Assembly (NCBI GenBank): GCA_010093995.1
Contig: ML992502.1
Coordinates: forward strand, 1,406,711 to 1,457,119
Direction of reading: 5' to 3'
DNA length: 50,409 bases
Source: Elsinoe ampelina
Taxonomy: Eukaryota
Position 1 is the stretch's first letter. Each line of letters starts with the position of its first letter. The notes beneath the pieces are model-generated. The model did no database searches and was not told the DNA's origin. It was given only the letters and a program-made list of their open reading frames with translations. Position numbers and translations under genes: made by a program. This document shows positions 35,585 to 47,199 of this stretch, in pieces.

Positions 35585-38500
35585 ATGGCAGAAAAGCCCA
35601 AGAAGGATCTGTCCATCATCAGGCATGGTCTGGATGTGCTTCACAATCCGGACCAAGCTGATGTAGAGTATGCGATGACGCTGTGCGACTTGTCCAGGTT
35701 TCTAACATACTATCAGTGTCATAGCCGTTCCTGGATTGGGAGCGCATCCCCGCGACAGCTGGAAATCGATGGACGGCAAAGCTTTCAACTGGCTCATCAG
35801 CGAGGATGGCATACGTCGAGACCTTCGGAAAGCCCGCATCATGCTCTATCAGTATGGTTCAGCGTGGGTGGGCTCACTCAAGGTGACACAATTCCTTAGT
35901 GGCATTGCAGCCCATATGCTTGCCGACCTGATGGTACTCCGAAAGGACTGCAGGAAGCGACCTATCGTATTCATCGGGCATAGTATGGGAGGACTGGTCA
36001 TTGCGAAAGTAGTATGCATTGCGGATGCCCAGAAAGAAAAGTTCCCCAGCATCTTCGAATCAATTTCCGGCTCTCTATTCTTCGGCACGCCTTTCCATGG
36101 TGCTCCGGTGGCAGCCATTGCAGCGATGCTCTCCCAAGTCGGCACTTATATGAACCAGACTGTTGCCTCGAAGTTGCTGGAGCTGATGACCCCCGGCAAC
36201 GAGGCTTTAGATGAGCTCCGCATGGAATTCGTCAGGCTGTCGAATAGAGGAAGTACCAAGATTAGCCTGTGCTGTTTCTGGGAGATCCACGAGACTAATG
36301 CCTCGGACTTTGCTGGACTAGACAAGACCAGTATCACGGCGAAGATCTTCAATACCGTCATACCAAACGTACGCTTGCCCTTCATCCTCCTGCCCTCGCG
36401 AGCTAATGGTCACAGTCACTTGTCAAATTCGTAGATCGCGACTCTGCGAGCTTGGAGGGAGTCACCCGTTATGGACTTGAGAAGAATCACAGAGATTTGG
36501 TCAGATACGAAAGTCTGACGGATGAGAAGTTTAGAGTACCTCGAGAAGAGATCAGAAGCATGGTCCGCGATGCTCCGTCGATTGCCAAGGGACGCCATAA
36601 CGCAGCTCGGACTATCGATCGCGAGCAGTACAACAGCATCATGGAGGTACTAGAAGGTATCAATGTCCGAAAGCACCGAGAAGGCCTAAAGAAGAATGTA
36701 GCAGCCTCGTCATGGCTAAATAAAGAAGACGACTACCAGATCTGGAGACACGGCCAAGAAGGCATTCGCCATGAAAACAATATGGATGGTCTCTGGATCA
36801 GAGGCACACAAGGTCGAGGCAAAACCGGAGTCAGCATAGCCGCACTGGACGACCTGGACACGTACATCAGAGACATTCAAGATCCCAACCAGGCGGCCAT
36901 ACTGCTGGCCTATTTCTTTTGCGACTCGTCCAAAGAGTGCGGTACCGCAGAGGAATTGCTCAAATCCATCATCCGGCAGCTCATCCGGCAGCAAGAAGCT
37001 TTGGCGATATACACTAAGAACTTTGTCAAGTCGAAGAGTGGTTCAGGATCGGAAGTAAAGACGCTTGCCTCGGTGAACAGTGTCGAGAATCTCTGGCTCT
37101 GCTTACAGGAAATGCTTACGGACGATTCAGTCGGCGGAGTCTATTTCGTCATCAATAATCTTCATGCACTACCAGAGAGCGCTGACAGTACGAAGAAGCT
37201 GCTCGGTATGCTTCGACATGAGATGGAGCTGGTGGATAACCAGGAGGAGCAACGAGTTCCAATCCGATGGCTCATCACCAGTCAGGATACTCATAGTATC
37301 AGAATCAACCTCGGCTGGGAAGGTGTCCGATTAGTTGACTTGGAGGACATGAAGTACGAAGATTCTGTCAAGGCGGAGCTGCGCAAGCATGCACAGAAGA
37401 AAGTCACAGCACTACGTGATGAGAAGCACTATAACAAAGCGCTTGCATACTTTGCGAGCAGTCTTATTGGAAAGCGTGCACAGAATACCCAATGGATCGA
37501 CATCACCTGCCAACATCTCGCCGGCCTGTCGGGCGCTGATACGGCATACGAAGTTCGAAGAGTTTTAGAGAAGATACCTCAGGACCTGACCGAGCTTCTC
37601 AATCGATCATGGTTACAGATCCTGCAAGGACTCGGTGTAGAAGCGGAGAAGGTCAAGGAGATGCTAAGGAGCCTTGCACTGTCCTTTGATGACCCGATCG
37701 ATGCAGAGCTTGCCCTTCTGTCAGGCCTGGACACCACTGAAGACGACTGTGCGAAGATCCGCAGCTGGGCCGAGAGCTGTAAGCCACTACTGGTAGTCAA
37801 AGCGACCAAGACGACACACAAAATCACATTCTTGAACGAGGTAGTGAAAGCTCATCTGCAGCAGAACGGGGCATTTCTTCTTGGGCTCTCTGAAGAAGAG
37901 AAGAGGTGGCAACATGGTATACTGTCGTTCCGGTGTTACGAGCACTTGGCAGACACCTTGAAAATCGAGCAGCCGCAGGAGGAGAACCAGGATAACGACG
38001 ATCCCGAGGATTCACCTACAGACGAGGTGCCGGATGACGCGGCCGAGGTGGCTTCAGTCGCCCAGTCCGTAGCTATTCCGACCAGACCAGCATCGGCTGC
38101 ATCAGCTCTGGCCCCGATGTCTGTGGCAGTATCGCAGATTCCCGAGGAAGATGAGCCAGACATAGCCAGCAATGTAGATTCAGTCAAGGAGATAGATGCT
38201 ACAGAAGCTCCTCGAGAACAGGGTTCAGATGAGCAGAAACAGGTCTTGGAACAAGTCCAGGCGACGCTTGAGGACGACACAGACTCGGACACAGAAGTAG
38301 TTCTGCATAATGACGAAACAGCTAACGCTGATTCTGGTTCATTGGACTACGCTGTCAGACATTGGCTCCATCACGCAAGCAAAGCGACTCCGGAAATTGC
38401 GGAGGAGCTAAGTCAGGAAGTCGCTTTTTGGGGACCAGGCTCCCTTCTGCGACTCGCCTGGATCAAGCAATACGAGAAGCTCACCGACTGTTATGTAGGC

Positions 38501-40489
38501 TTCGATGCGCTCGATCGAAGCTTGTTGACAGGGCTGCACATAGCAGCATCATTCGGCTTCAGGCAGCTCGTCGCAAGTCTGCTAGCAAATGGGCATATGG
38601 ATGAGCTCAATGTTCGTGAGAATATGAGTAACGCACCTGTAAGAATCCTGCCTACTGCAGGCTGTTCTCCACCCCTGATGACCGCGAATCGTGCTGACCT
38701 TTTTAGCTGCACTTTGCCGCTACCTACGGTAGGCTGAACACAGTCGAGATTCTTCTCAATGCTGGAGCCAGCTATGATGATGGTATTGAAGTACGAGATC
38801 AGACCCCACTCTCGATGGCCGCCGGTGAAGGTCACGTGGCGGTGATGCAAAAGCTGCTAGATCGAGGAGCTGACCCAAAAGCCGAATCTGATTCATGGGG
38901 TCCAGTCATCAACAACGCGATCTATTCTGGCAGTCAGGACGCAGTCAAGCTTCTATTGGAATACGGCGCCACACTGGATGCTAGTGACAAAGCAGAAGAT
39001 CGTCCACTCGCCATCGCAGCTGCTTCGGCTGATCAACAGATGTTCAACAAACTCCTCGAATTGTTCACTGATAGTATCCCAGCCAAGGAATACAGTACTG
39101 CACTCATCTGGGCTTCTCGAGCAGGCCGTTTGGAGGCGGTCAGGACCTTGTTGAGCCACTCTCATGAGTTGACGACGCTGCAAGATGCCTTGGAAAGTGC
39201 TGAGTGGCAATCTGAATGGGATGTGGTGAAGCTACTGCTTGGCAGTACACAAGGTCTCAATTGCAACCGAGTACTGGAAGCTGCTGTGGATGACCCTCTG
39301 GACCTTGACGAGGTGCTACAAGCGATTCACAACCATGTCGACGGAGTCGTCGATGAAGCAACGATTAACGCTGGTCTGTACAACGCGACCGACAAGGAGA
39401 AGCTGTCGACTGTACAAATCTTGATCGACACATTCCATGCAGTACCCGATTCAGCGTTAGGGACTGAGTATGCCGCGTCGATTTGGTGACACGAATCATG
39501 CTAACATGCACAGGTACGGCAATGCTTTGACAGCTTCCGCCTTTGACGGCACTGTGGACATTGCCAGAATTCTCATCGCCGCAGGAGCAGACGTAAATTC
39601 GTCCAGTGGATGGGCGCTGCAATGTGCCGCAGGTCGTGGACACACGGAGATGGTGACTCTGCTTTTGGAGCATGGAGCGGACATCAACGCCGTCCACAAG
39701 GGAGACATCTATAATGGTACAGCACTATTGGCTGCAGTCTGGGAGGGACTGGACTCAATGGTTGAGCTGCTCCTCGAGCACGGTGCAGACCCAGATCTTG
39801 GTGACGAGGAGATTTCGCCCGTTATAGCTGCACCAAGGAACAGTGAAGGACCTATCATGGAACGACTCGTCCAAGCCAATGCAAAATTGCATGGATTTGG
39901 CGGGCCTGATAAATCGACAGCTCTCATCAATGCGGCAGCTACACTTCCGACACGCTACCTCGATGTATTATTGGACGCCGGTGCAGATATAAACCTACCA
40001 GATAATGACGGGGATACGGCATTGATAGTTGCGGCTCGGGTCAACGACGATGATCTGATCAGAACGTTGCTTCGCAGAGGAGCCGATGTTCTTGCGGTCA
40101 ACAAGAATGGTAAGAATGCCTTGCAAGAAGCCGTTGCCCAGGGCTTCACTAGTTGTGTGGAGGTCTTGACCCAGCACATTTCTTCGATAATGGCAACCTT
40201 AGCTACCGCCATCACCGAGGGAAATGAACCTGTCAAGGAGATCATGAAGAATGCAGCAGCGAAAGCGGTCGAGGAGCAAATACAAGCTGAGCAAAAGACC
40301 GACTCTGTGGTCGAAGACCCGGATGCAAACGCAGCAACGCATGATGGTGTAGACGGGGACAAGACGGCAGATCCGATTGCAGTCGCCGACGATGATCAGA
40401 CTCAACAGCATGAAGGTGATGAAGAGTCGGCAATTGGCGTGGCTGCTGACGCACATTCAGACGATGAAACGACGGAAGACGATCAGTAA
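35585..40489 (+). CDS. Fungal NLR-like protein: SesB-like alpha/beta-hydrolase + NACHT + ankyrin repeats (~1564 aa); exons 35585-35667, 35717-36368, 36416-38638, 38707-39467, 39514-40489
   Basis: Four canonical introns join five ORF fragments in frame. Hydrolase motifs DVIAVPGLGAHP, IVFIGHSMGGLVI, FFGTPFHG and NHRDLV; Walker A LWIRGTQGRGKT and LAYFFCD; many ankyrin repeats (GLHIAASFG, TPLSMAAGEGH, WALQCAAGRGH, GDTALIVAA). Confidence 0.9.
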
Positions 40490-41252
40490 GGCCATGTCTG
40501 GTGCGACATCCCACCCTAGCACATGTGAGGTTAGCAAAAGACGGTTGCTAGAAGGCCGGACTTCAACGACGACATGACACAATGGACTGCTAGCCAGATA
40601 GTATGCGGGACCTAATAGTTGGAGGCTCCGGTAGTTTCGAAGAGCAACGGCTATGTACATTGGGGTCAGAGATATCGAAGCTTTTCTCCCCGAACTGCAA
40701 TGCCAAAGCTGATCAACGATAAGGCGCAACGTGCGTCAGCTTATCGACCATAAAGCACATCGGTGGAAAAGCCACAGTGACGAAAGTGCGTGATGTCTCT
40801 TGCGGGCAACGAGGCCCCGAAAGGCTAAAGCGGTTTAACAAGCATGACAAGCACGTGGCCGTTGCCTTGCCCGGGCGGGAGATGCCATTGTGGGTCCGGT
40901 TTGCCGACGTCGGGGGGCCCTGCCTCTTACTTTTTACAGTAACCACGACCCGTTGCACCGTCCTTCCCATTCACTCACTGCCTCGCCCATTCCAGTCCAA
41001 CGTCTCGACCCCTTGGTTTTTAAGCACCACGTCAATCTTGTCGACCGTTGGCTGCCGCTCCGCCGGCATTGACACGCGTTCAACGAGACATGCAACGTCG
41101 AAACATCTAATAGATTGGGAGCGGCTCTTCTTGGGCTGCGTTACCCTTCTCAGGTAGATATACTGTGCCGTGTCTGCCATTCCTTGCAATTGTGCAATGC
41201 TCTCATTCGTCATATCACCATTCTAGGGCTATAACTCACAGACGTAGACAAG

Positions 41253-43402
41253 CTGGCTTCGTTTACGCTCTTTTCGCTGCTTTTGCTGTGCCTGGGGCTT
41301 CTGTTCGATACAGCCCAGGCAGCGAAAGTGAAGCTGGTCTGCAACCAGAACGATGTCGCGACCATCAGTGCCGCGATCAAGACGCCAGAGGTGTTTTGCA
41401 CATTCTACCTCTTGAAGTGAGCAAATTGGGATCTGCAGATTGTACACGGGGATTGACAACGGAGCAGGATCAGGAATGCAACACCTTTCTCCGGCCTTGG
41501 CTACGCTCGGACGACAGCGGCTTGCAGATGCATCAAGCAGTCTGCAGCCAAGACTACCAAGAGCAATGTAGCGATCCCGAAGACATGCTCGAATGCAAAG
41601 TGCCTGGCGAATGATGTGGCGGCTATCAAGGCTGAGTACAAAAAACCAGCGCCAATGTGCAAGTTCCTCATTGCACTGAAGGGGTGAGCATAGCTTGCAC
41701 GGAGTCAAACGAGGACACAAACTAATGCTCGGACAGCACGCAGAGCGGCCGCTTGATGAGCACTCAGAGTTTAGCTCGGACCAAGGCGGCTTGTCAGGTC
41801 ATTGTCAATCCTGCAAAATCGCAGACTTCAACGACTGCGAAAGCTTCAACGACTGCGAAGGCTGCAACGACTTCGCGAGTGCCATCTTCTTCTTCGTCTG
41901 CATCACCGTCACCGCCATCCTCTTCGATCGCGACGAGAGCAAGAACAAGCTCGTCTTCAACCGCGCCTAGTCCGAGCTCTGCTGGCGGGACGTCAGTAAA
42001 AGGCGCCCTAAGCTTATCGACCTCCCCTTCCAGCATCGCAATGGGGTCCTCCACAAGCACACTCGTGAGCACGAGTTTGGCCACGAGCACAAGCTTGGTC
42101 ACGAGCACGAGCTTGACCACGAGCACAAGCTTGACCACGAGCACAAGCTTGACCACGAGCACAATTGCGAACACGTCGGCGAGGCAGAGGACCACCCTCT
42201 CCAATGCTAATCCCAATATCCCAGTCCTGACGACTGCCAATGTTGTGATTACCACCCCACCTACCGCCACGACTACTTCGACTATCTCGAGTGCTTCGAC
42301 GACATTCACATCATCTGAGTCTAGCTCAAGCTCGAGTCAAGACGACGGCGCTCGCTCTCAGCAGAGCAGAAGCGACGACTTTCAGGCGAACACATCGACG
42401 GGGGGCAACAAATTGAAGAGCAGCACAACTGCCTCATTGCCGTTCTGCTCTTCGGCCCCCGTGTCATCATTAGCTGCCGATCCAAGTGGGACTCAATTTT
42501 GCCAAACAATCCTAGTTGTTCCGACCGCAACGATCACCTCCCGGACGACCTCAACCACAACTACCGGCCTTATAGTTACTAATACCAACATTGCCTACGA
42601 GACCACCACAATCACCCGTCAAATCACACAGCCGCCCAATCAGACCGAAACCGCCTACATCACAGCTTACGCCACCTTCTGCGGTGGTGGCAACACCTTC
42701 GCTAAGCGCGACGCCCTGCCCGCCGCTCAAACCACGTCTGCAGGCGTCGCTGTCCCAAGCTATCTCTCTGGCTACAACGCCAACCGTATCAGCAGCGCCT
42801 GCAGCTGCCTCGGCCCGCTTCCCACGCCCTCTGTCACCCGCACCATAACAATTTCCGGCCCCACCGTGACTCTCACGACCACAACCGACATCAACCTCAC
42901 GTCCACCATCATCCGCACTTTGACATCCGTCAGCTACGCCAACACCTCCTCCATCCCCACCGTCACCGCCACCACCACCGTGACCGACACGGCCACCGTC
43001 TCCGGCGGCGCCCTAGCGACCAACACCCTCGCCCCCTTGGTCCCCGGCGTCTTCATGCAATACCCCGGCTACACTCCCGCAGCGGACATCCCAGGCCTCA
43101 TGTCCTGCCAATGCTCCAGCTCCTCGGGTGGCACATGCGACTTCACAGGGTACACCTCCCCCTTGATCCCCGCGACCTCATGCTCCAACTTCGCGGGGTG
43201 CATGGCTAGTTGCGCATACTTGAACAGTAAAGTGTCGGGCAGCAACAAGTGTAGTGGTGTATTCTACGATGGGGACGTGGGGTTCTGTACCCTGCTTGGC
43301 CCGGGGTATTTGCCCATGGTTGATCAGGGGAGTTGTGGGGTTGTGTATGGGAATGCGACGACGAGTGCGAATGTGGGGTTTGCGGCTTTGGTGAGGAATT
43401 AG
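41253..43402 (+). CDS. Secreted modular Ser/Thr-rich protein (two N-terminal Cys repeats, S/T stalk, C-terminal Cys-rich PAN/apple-like region); exons ~41253-41416, 41468-41683, 41737-43402
   Basis: Signal-peptide-like ASFTLFSLLLLCLGLLFDTAQA; introns 41417-41467 and 41684-41736 (GTGAGC..TTGAC/CTAAT..CAG) keep the frame. Motifs FAKRDA, PSYLSGY...ISSACSCL and CMASC..CSGVFY...FCTLL. Start codon unresolved. Confidence 0.75.
42065..42164 (+). repeat. Coding minisatellite, 18-bp unit ACGAGCACAAGCTTGACC (TSTSLT), ~5.5 copies
   Basis: Seen directly. A second 18-bp repeat (CTTCAACGACTGCGAA(A/G)G, ~2.5 copies) lies at ~41826-41872. Confidence 0.9.
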
Positions 43403-44396
43403 ATCTACAGAGAGGAGGGGATCTTTGAATGAGAAACGGCCGTTCTTTGATGTATTTCTCGTGTGCAGAGTGCGCTCGTGGTGATTGCTGACTATCGGGT
43501 CGATTGAGCTACACGCACCTCGTGGCATGCATGCATGAATTGATATGTTGTTGACGATAAGAATGACGTCGGGTTCAAGGTTTTTTCCCTGCAGCCGGGA
43601 ATGTGGACGGTCTCGGGGCAATCAAGCAGCGAGACATTCTTTTTTTCAGGCAAGCTTTCAACGACAAGGTTTGCCGAATTCTGTTTCTTTGCCGGGCCCG
43701 AACGCCTGGATCGCGTCAACTTCACTCGATACTTTTCTTGCGTGTGGGTCGTCGACGCCTCTGGATTTTGCATCTCAAAGTCTGTCAGACATTGACTCAA
43801 GCTAGGTCCTGATGGTTGAGGAGATAGTGTCGTTTGTAGATGGAAGTCTTCGCCGTTGAATGATAGAAGCTCACGATTCACTGGCAGGTTAGCAGCTATC
43901 AGCATGATCACGACCACGACCACGAGACGTATCCATTTCATAGCTAATAATCATCGCTTCCCACTGCCATCGCTACTCTACGCAGGCCACGTGTATGTCA
44001 AGCATGGACCTCTGAGGGAGCACCAGGGACCCGGACTTGGGCGAGCCTAGCCATTTTTGAAGTGCTTCAAGGTTTGACACTATCCTGTCAGATCCTGCTC
44101 CAATTGCCCTCCACGGTCATTCTTTGGGCATGTAGAGCAGCGAAAGCCCCTGATTTTCATGCTCAACGACTATCTCCTCCACCAAGCTCCGAAAGTCACG
44201 CCTGCACAGACTCGACAATGACATCTGATCACCCATGCAAACCTCCTTCACAGACGTCCATGCACCAGATCTAGTTCACTCTGATCCAGAAATGGAATCA
44301 AGCTGGCTCGATTCGGTGATTCTGCTCTGCTTCCAGCAAGGTAAACATTCAGGAGGCGTCTCTCAACCACAATCAGAAAATTCGCCATCGACATGG

Positions 44397-44402
44397 TATA
44401 AA
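44397..44402 (+). promoter_or_regulatory. Putative TATA box of the GH5 gene
   Basis: TATAAA ~100 nt upstream of ATG 44498, followed by a CT-rich leader. Confidence 0.5.
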
Positions 44403-44497
44403 GAAGAGGTAAGAACATTGCTCCATGTGTTCATCTCATCACCATCTTCTCTACACACTCTCCAATCACTATTAATTCCCTCCATCTTCCTCTCATC

Positions 44498-45838
44498 ATG
44501 CATTTCTCCACCATCGCAGGTGTGGCCATGCTTGCCACACAGGGGTCCGCAGCACCTCTGAATATCCTCTCCGCCCTCAACAACCTCTTGTCAAACCTTG
44601 GCATCTCACTCCAGACCAACGCCGGCATTCACGGTCCAACCAAGAACTACCGTGACCAATGCCCCTTCACCATCTCGCCGGTTGTCATCAACGCCAAGCG
44701 TTTCCTCCACGACATCACCTGGCCTCGGGGCTACAACTCCGGCAAATGGATCGACTGGAAGACCTACAAAGCCAACGGTGTCAACCTCGGCGGCTGGCTC
44801 GAGAAGGAACGCACCCACGACCCCATCTGGTGGGCTCAATATTCCCCCGACACCATCGACGAGTGGTCCTTCTGCCAGGCCCTCGGCTCACAATGCGGCC
44901 CCGTCCTCGAAGCCCGCTACGCCTCCTTCCTCAACACCTCGACCATCGACCTCATGGCCTCCGTCGGCGTCAACACCCTCCGCATCCCCACCACCTACGC
45001 CGCCTGGGTCAAAGTCCCCGGCTCCCAACTCTACACCGGCAACCAAGTCTCCTACCTGCGCAAAATCACCAACTACGCCATCGACAAATACGGCATGCAC
45101 GTCATCGTCGGCCTGCACTCCCTCCCCGGGGGCGTCAACTCGCTCGACATCGGCGAAGCCTTCGGCCACGGCGACTGGTTCCAAAACGCCACCAACCTAG
45201 ACTACTCGCTGCGCGCCATCGACGGCATGCTCGACTTCATCCGCACCTCGGGACGCATGCAAGCCTTCACCCTCGCCCCCATCAACGAAGCCTCGGACAC
45301 CCACCTCGCCGGCTTCGGCACCGCAGACGGCCTCACCGCCAACGGCACAAACTGGGTAAACACGTACATCAACGCCTGCCTGAAAAAGATCGCAAAGATC
45401 GACAGACGCATCCCCCTCATGCTGCAGGACAACTTCAAGGGCGCCTCCTACTGGTCCCCCTTCTACGACGCCGGCGCCAACATCGTCATCGATTCCCACG
45501 TCTACTACTTCGCCGCCGCCGGAGCGTACGCCAACTACGTCCTCCCCGCCGTGTGCGGCCAGGCCGCGTACCTGGCGCAGGAGACAAAGTTCCCCGTGTT
45601 TGTGGGCGAGTGGGCGTTGCAGGCCATGTATAACAATACGTTGGCCGGGCGGAAGACGGTGTTTGACACGCAGCGGTATGCGTGGAGTCAGTATGTCGCG
45701 GGGGGTGCGTTCTGGACGGCGGTGAGTTATTCCACGGCCGCGGTGGATGGGGAGGGGACGCAGAGGGAGTATTGGTCTTATGGAGATTTGGTGAATCAGG
45801 GGGTTATTACCAAGGAGACGAACAGTTCTTATTGTTAG
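44498..45838 (+). CDS. Secreted glycoside hydrolase family 5, exo-beta-1,3-glucanase-like, 446 aa
   Basis: Signal peptide; GVNLGGWL, DEWSFC, GVNTLRIP, LHSLPGG; acid/base INEA; DSHVY; nucleophile FVGEW; GGAFWT. Confidence 0.92.
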   Translation: MHFSTIAGVAMLATQGSAAPLNILSALNNLLSNLGISLQTNAGIHGPTKNYRDQCPFTISPVVINAKRFLHDITWPRGYNSGKWIDWKTYKANGVNLGGWLEKERTHDPIWWAQYSPDTIDEWSFCQALGSQCGPVLEARYASFLNTSTIDLMASVGVNTLRIPTTYAAWVKVPGSQLYTGNQVSYLRKITNYAIDKYGMHVIVGLHSLPGGVNSLDIGEAFGHGDWFQNATNLDYSLRAIDGMLDFIRTSGRMQAFTLAPINEASDTHLAGFGTADGLTANGTNWVNTYINACLKKIAKIDRRIPLMLQDNFKGASYWSPFYDAGANIVIDSHVYYFAAAGAYANYVLPAVCGQAAYLAQETKFPVFVGEWALQAMYNNTLAGRKTVFDTQRYAWSQYVAGGAFWTAVSYSTAAVDGEGTQREYWSYGDLVNQGVITKETNSSYC

Positions 45839-46041
45839 ATGGGGAGAGGAAGGAGGACACGGGAGAGGGGGAGGAGAGGGAGGGGTAATGAGGTTATGAT
45901 TTATAGAATGGATAGAATGGACAATGCTTAATTCACGATTTGCAAGTCACCTGTTGTTTGTGCAGACAACCTCGATGAGTGACGGCCGTGTCCGCTGCGT
46001 GCCCACAGGACAATTCGCTCGAGCACATCCTAGGGGCAAGT

Positions 46042-46572
46042 CTAACGAGTACGGCGGAAAGGCTTGTACGGCGGTGGTGCTGAACTGGGTGGTGCAGGGC
46101 CGGACTGACCCGAGGACGAATATGCAGGAGCTGCAACGCAAGTCAGCAATCAGCATGCCACTACCATCGCTTCGGACCCATGCCACTCACGATCACACTT
46201 GCAGCTCGCGCATTTCTGCTTGAAGCCTTCGACTGCGCAGGTGAAGACCTGGGAGTTGTTGCATCCGCAAAGTCCCTTGTTCGTGCACTCATCCTCGAGG
46301 GCCAGGTCTTCTGTCCGTACTTGAGTGACTGGGTCGGGTGGCTCGTAGCATTTGAACCGACGGACTTCGTCGTCAAAGTCGTGGTGGATGACAGGCTTCG
46401 TGCCTTTGGCCGGAGATGGCTTGACTTGTTGGAATATCTGGGGAGGGTGACCGCTACCGCTTCCTGAGGGCGCGGAGGACGAGGTCCTGGTCTGCAAATT
46501 GTGGCCGGTGGTTTGCGCATGGGTCAGCCATGTGCTGATGGCGAGGATAGACAAGACTATAGCGTGATACAT
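46042..46572 (-). CDS. Small secreted cysteine-rich protein (effector candidate, ~156 aa, 8 Cys); exons 46572-46191, 46130-46042
   Basis: Signal peptide MYHAIVLSILAISTWLTHA; intron 46190-46131 (GTGAGT..GCTGAC..CAG); Cys cluster FKC..EC..LCGC..TC..KCASCKC. Confidence 0.65.
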
Positions 46573-47199
46573 GCTGGCAAGAATGCTGATGGAGTATGTC
46601 ATTCTTGCATCATCGCCACTCTTATACGGCTGTGTGGAGAGTATATACGTGTACCTACCAGTGATGAAGAAGGTCATTGTGTTGTGCATGTCATAGCTCA
46701 TCCGAGAGGGCGAATGGGAAAGCTGCATGGTGTAACGGAGTTGATCTGTGAGGCCACAGCTGCCAGATTTGCTTGTGTTGGTCCGTAGAGTTTGGTGTAT
46801 TTGACATCTGGGATGTTGGATTCGTGACAACATTGTCCTCGAAAGCGACGTCACTGAAATGCTTGTAGTGAGAGAGAAGCTCGCCAGGCACGATTCGGAA
46901 GAACAGTGTTTCAGCTCCAATGGCGCTGCGGATACGAGGAGTGGTAGTGACTATCGTCGTTCCCAGTGTTTCCTTCGAATGGGGCGCTGGATGAGATGAA
47001 GCAAAATGGCCGTGTTGGTAGGGAAATCTTGAATAGTGGAACAGACAGTTGGTCGAAGCCTGATCACATGACTAGCTCAGGTCGTCAGGCCACCAGCACC
47101 ATGAATGTTGTCAGGTTACTCTGATCAATCTCACATCGAGGAGTCTGGATTTTGGTGATCTTGTGACCACGCCACACCACAGCAGATAGGTTTGACCAG

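Noticed and set aside
42065..42164. Short direct repeats considered as a CRISPR-like array
   Set aside because: No spacers, in-frame coding minisatellite, eukaryotic context.
44598..45633. Alternative-frame ORFs (200 and 324 aa) within the GH5 gene
   Set aside because: Arg/His/Pro-rich translations typical of C-ending codon usage.
46573..46920. N-terminal half of the 256-aa ORF 46150-46920
   Set aside because: Begins at TTG and is probably promoter/UTR; the signal peptide starts near 46572.
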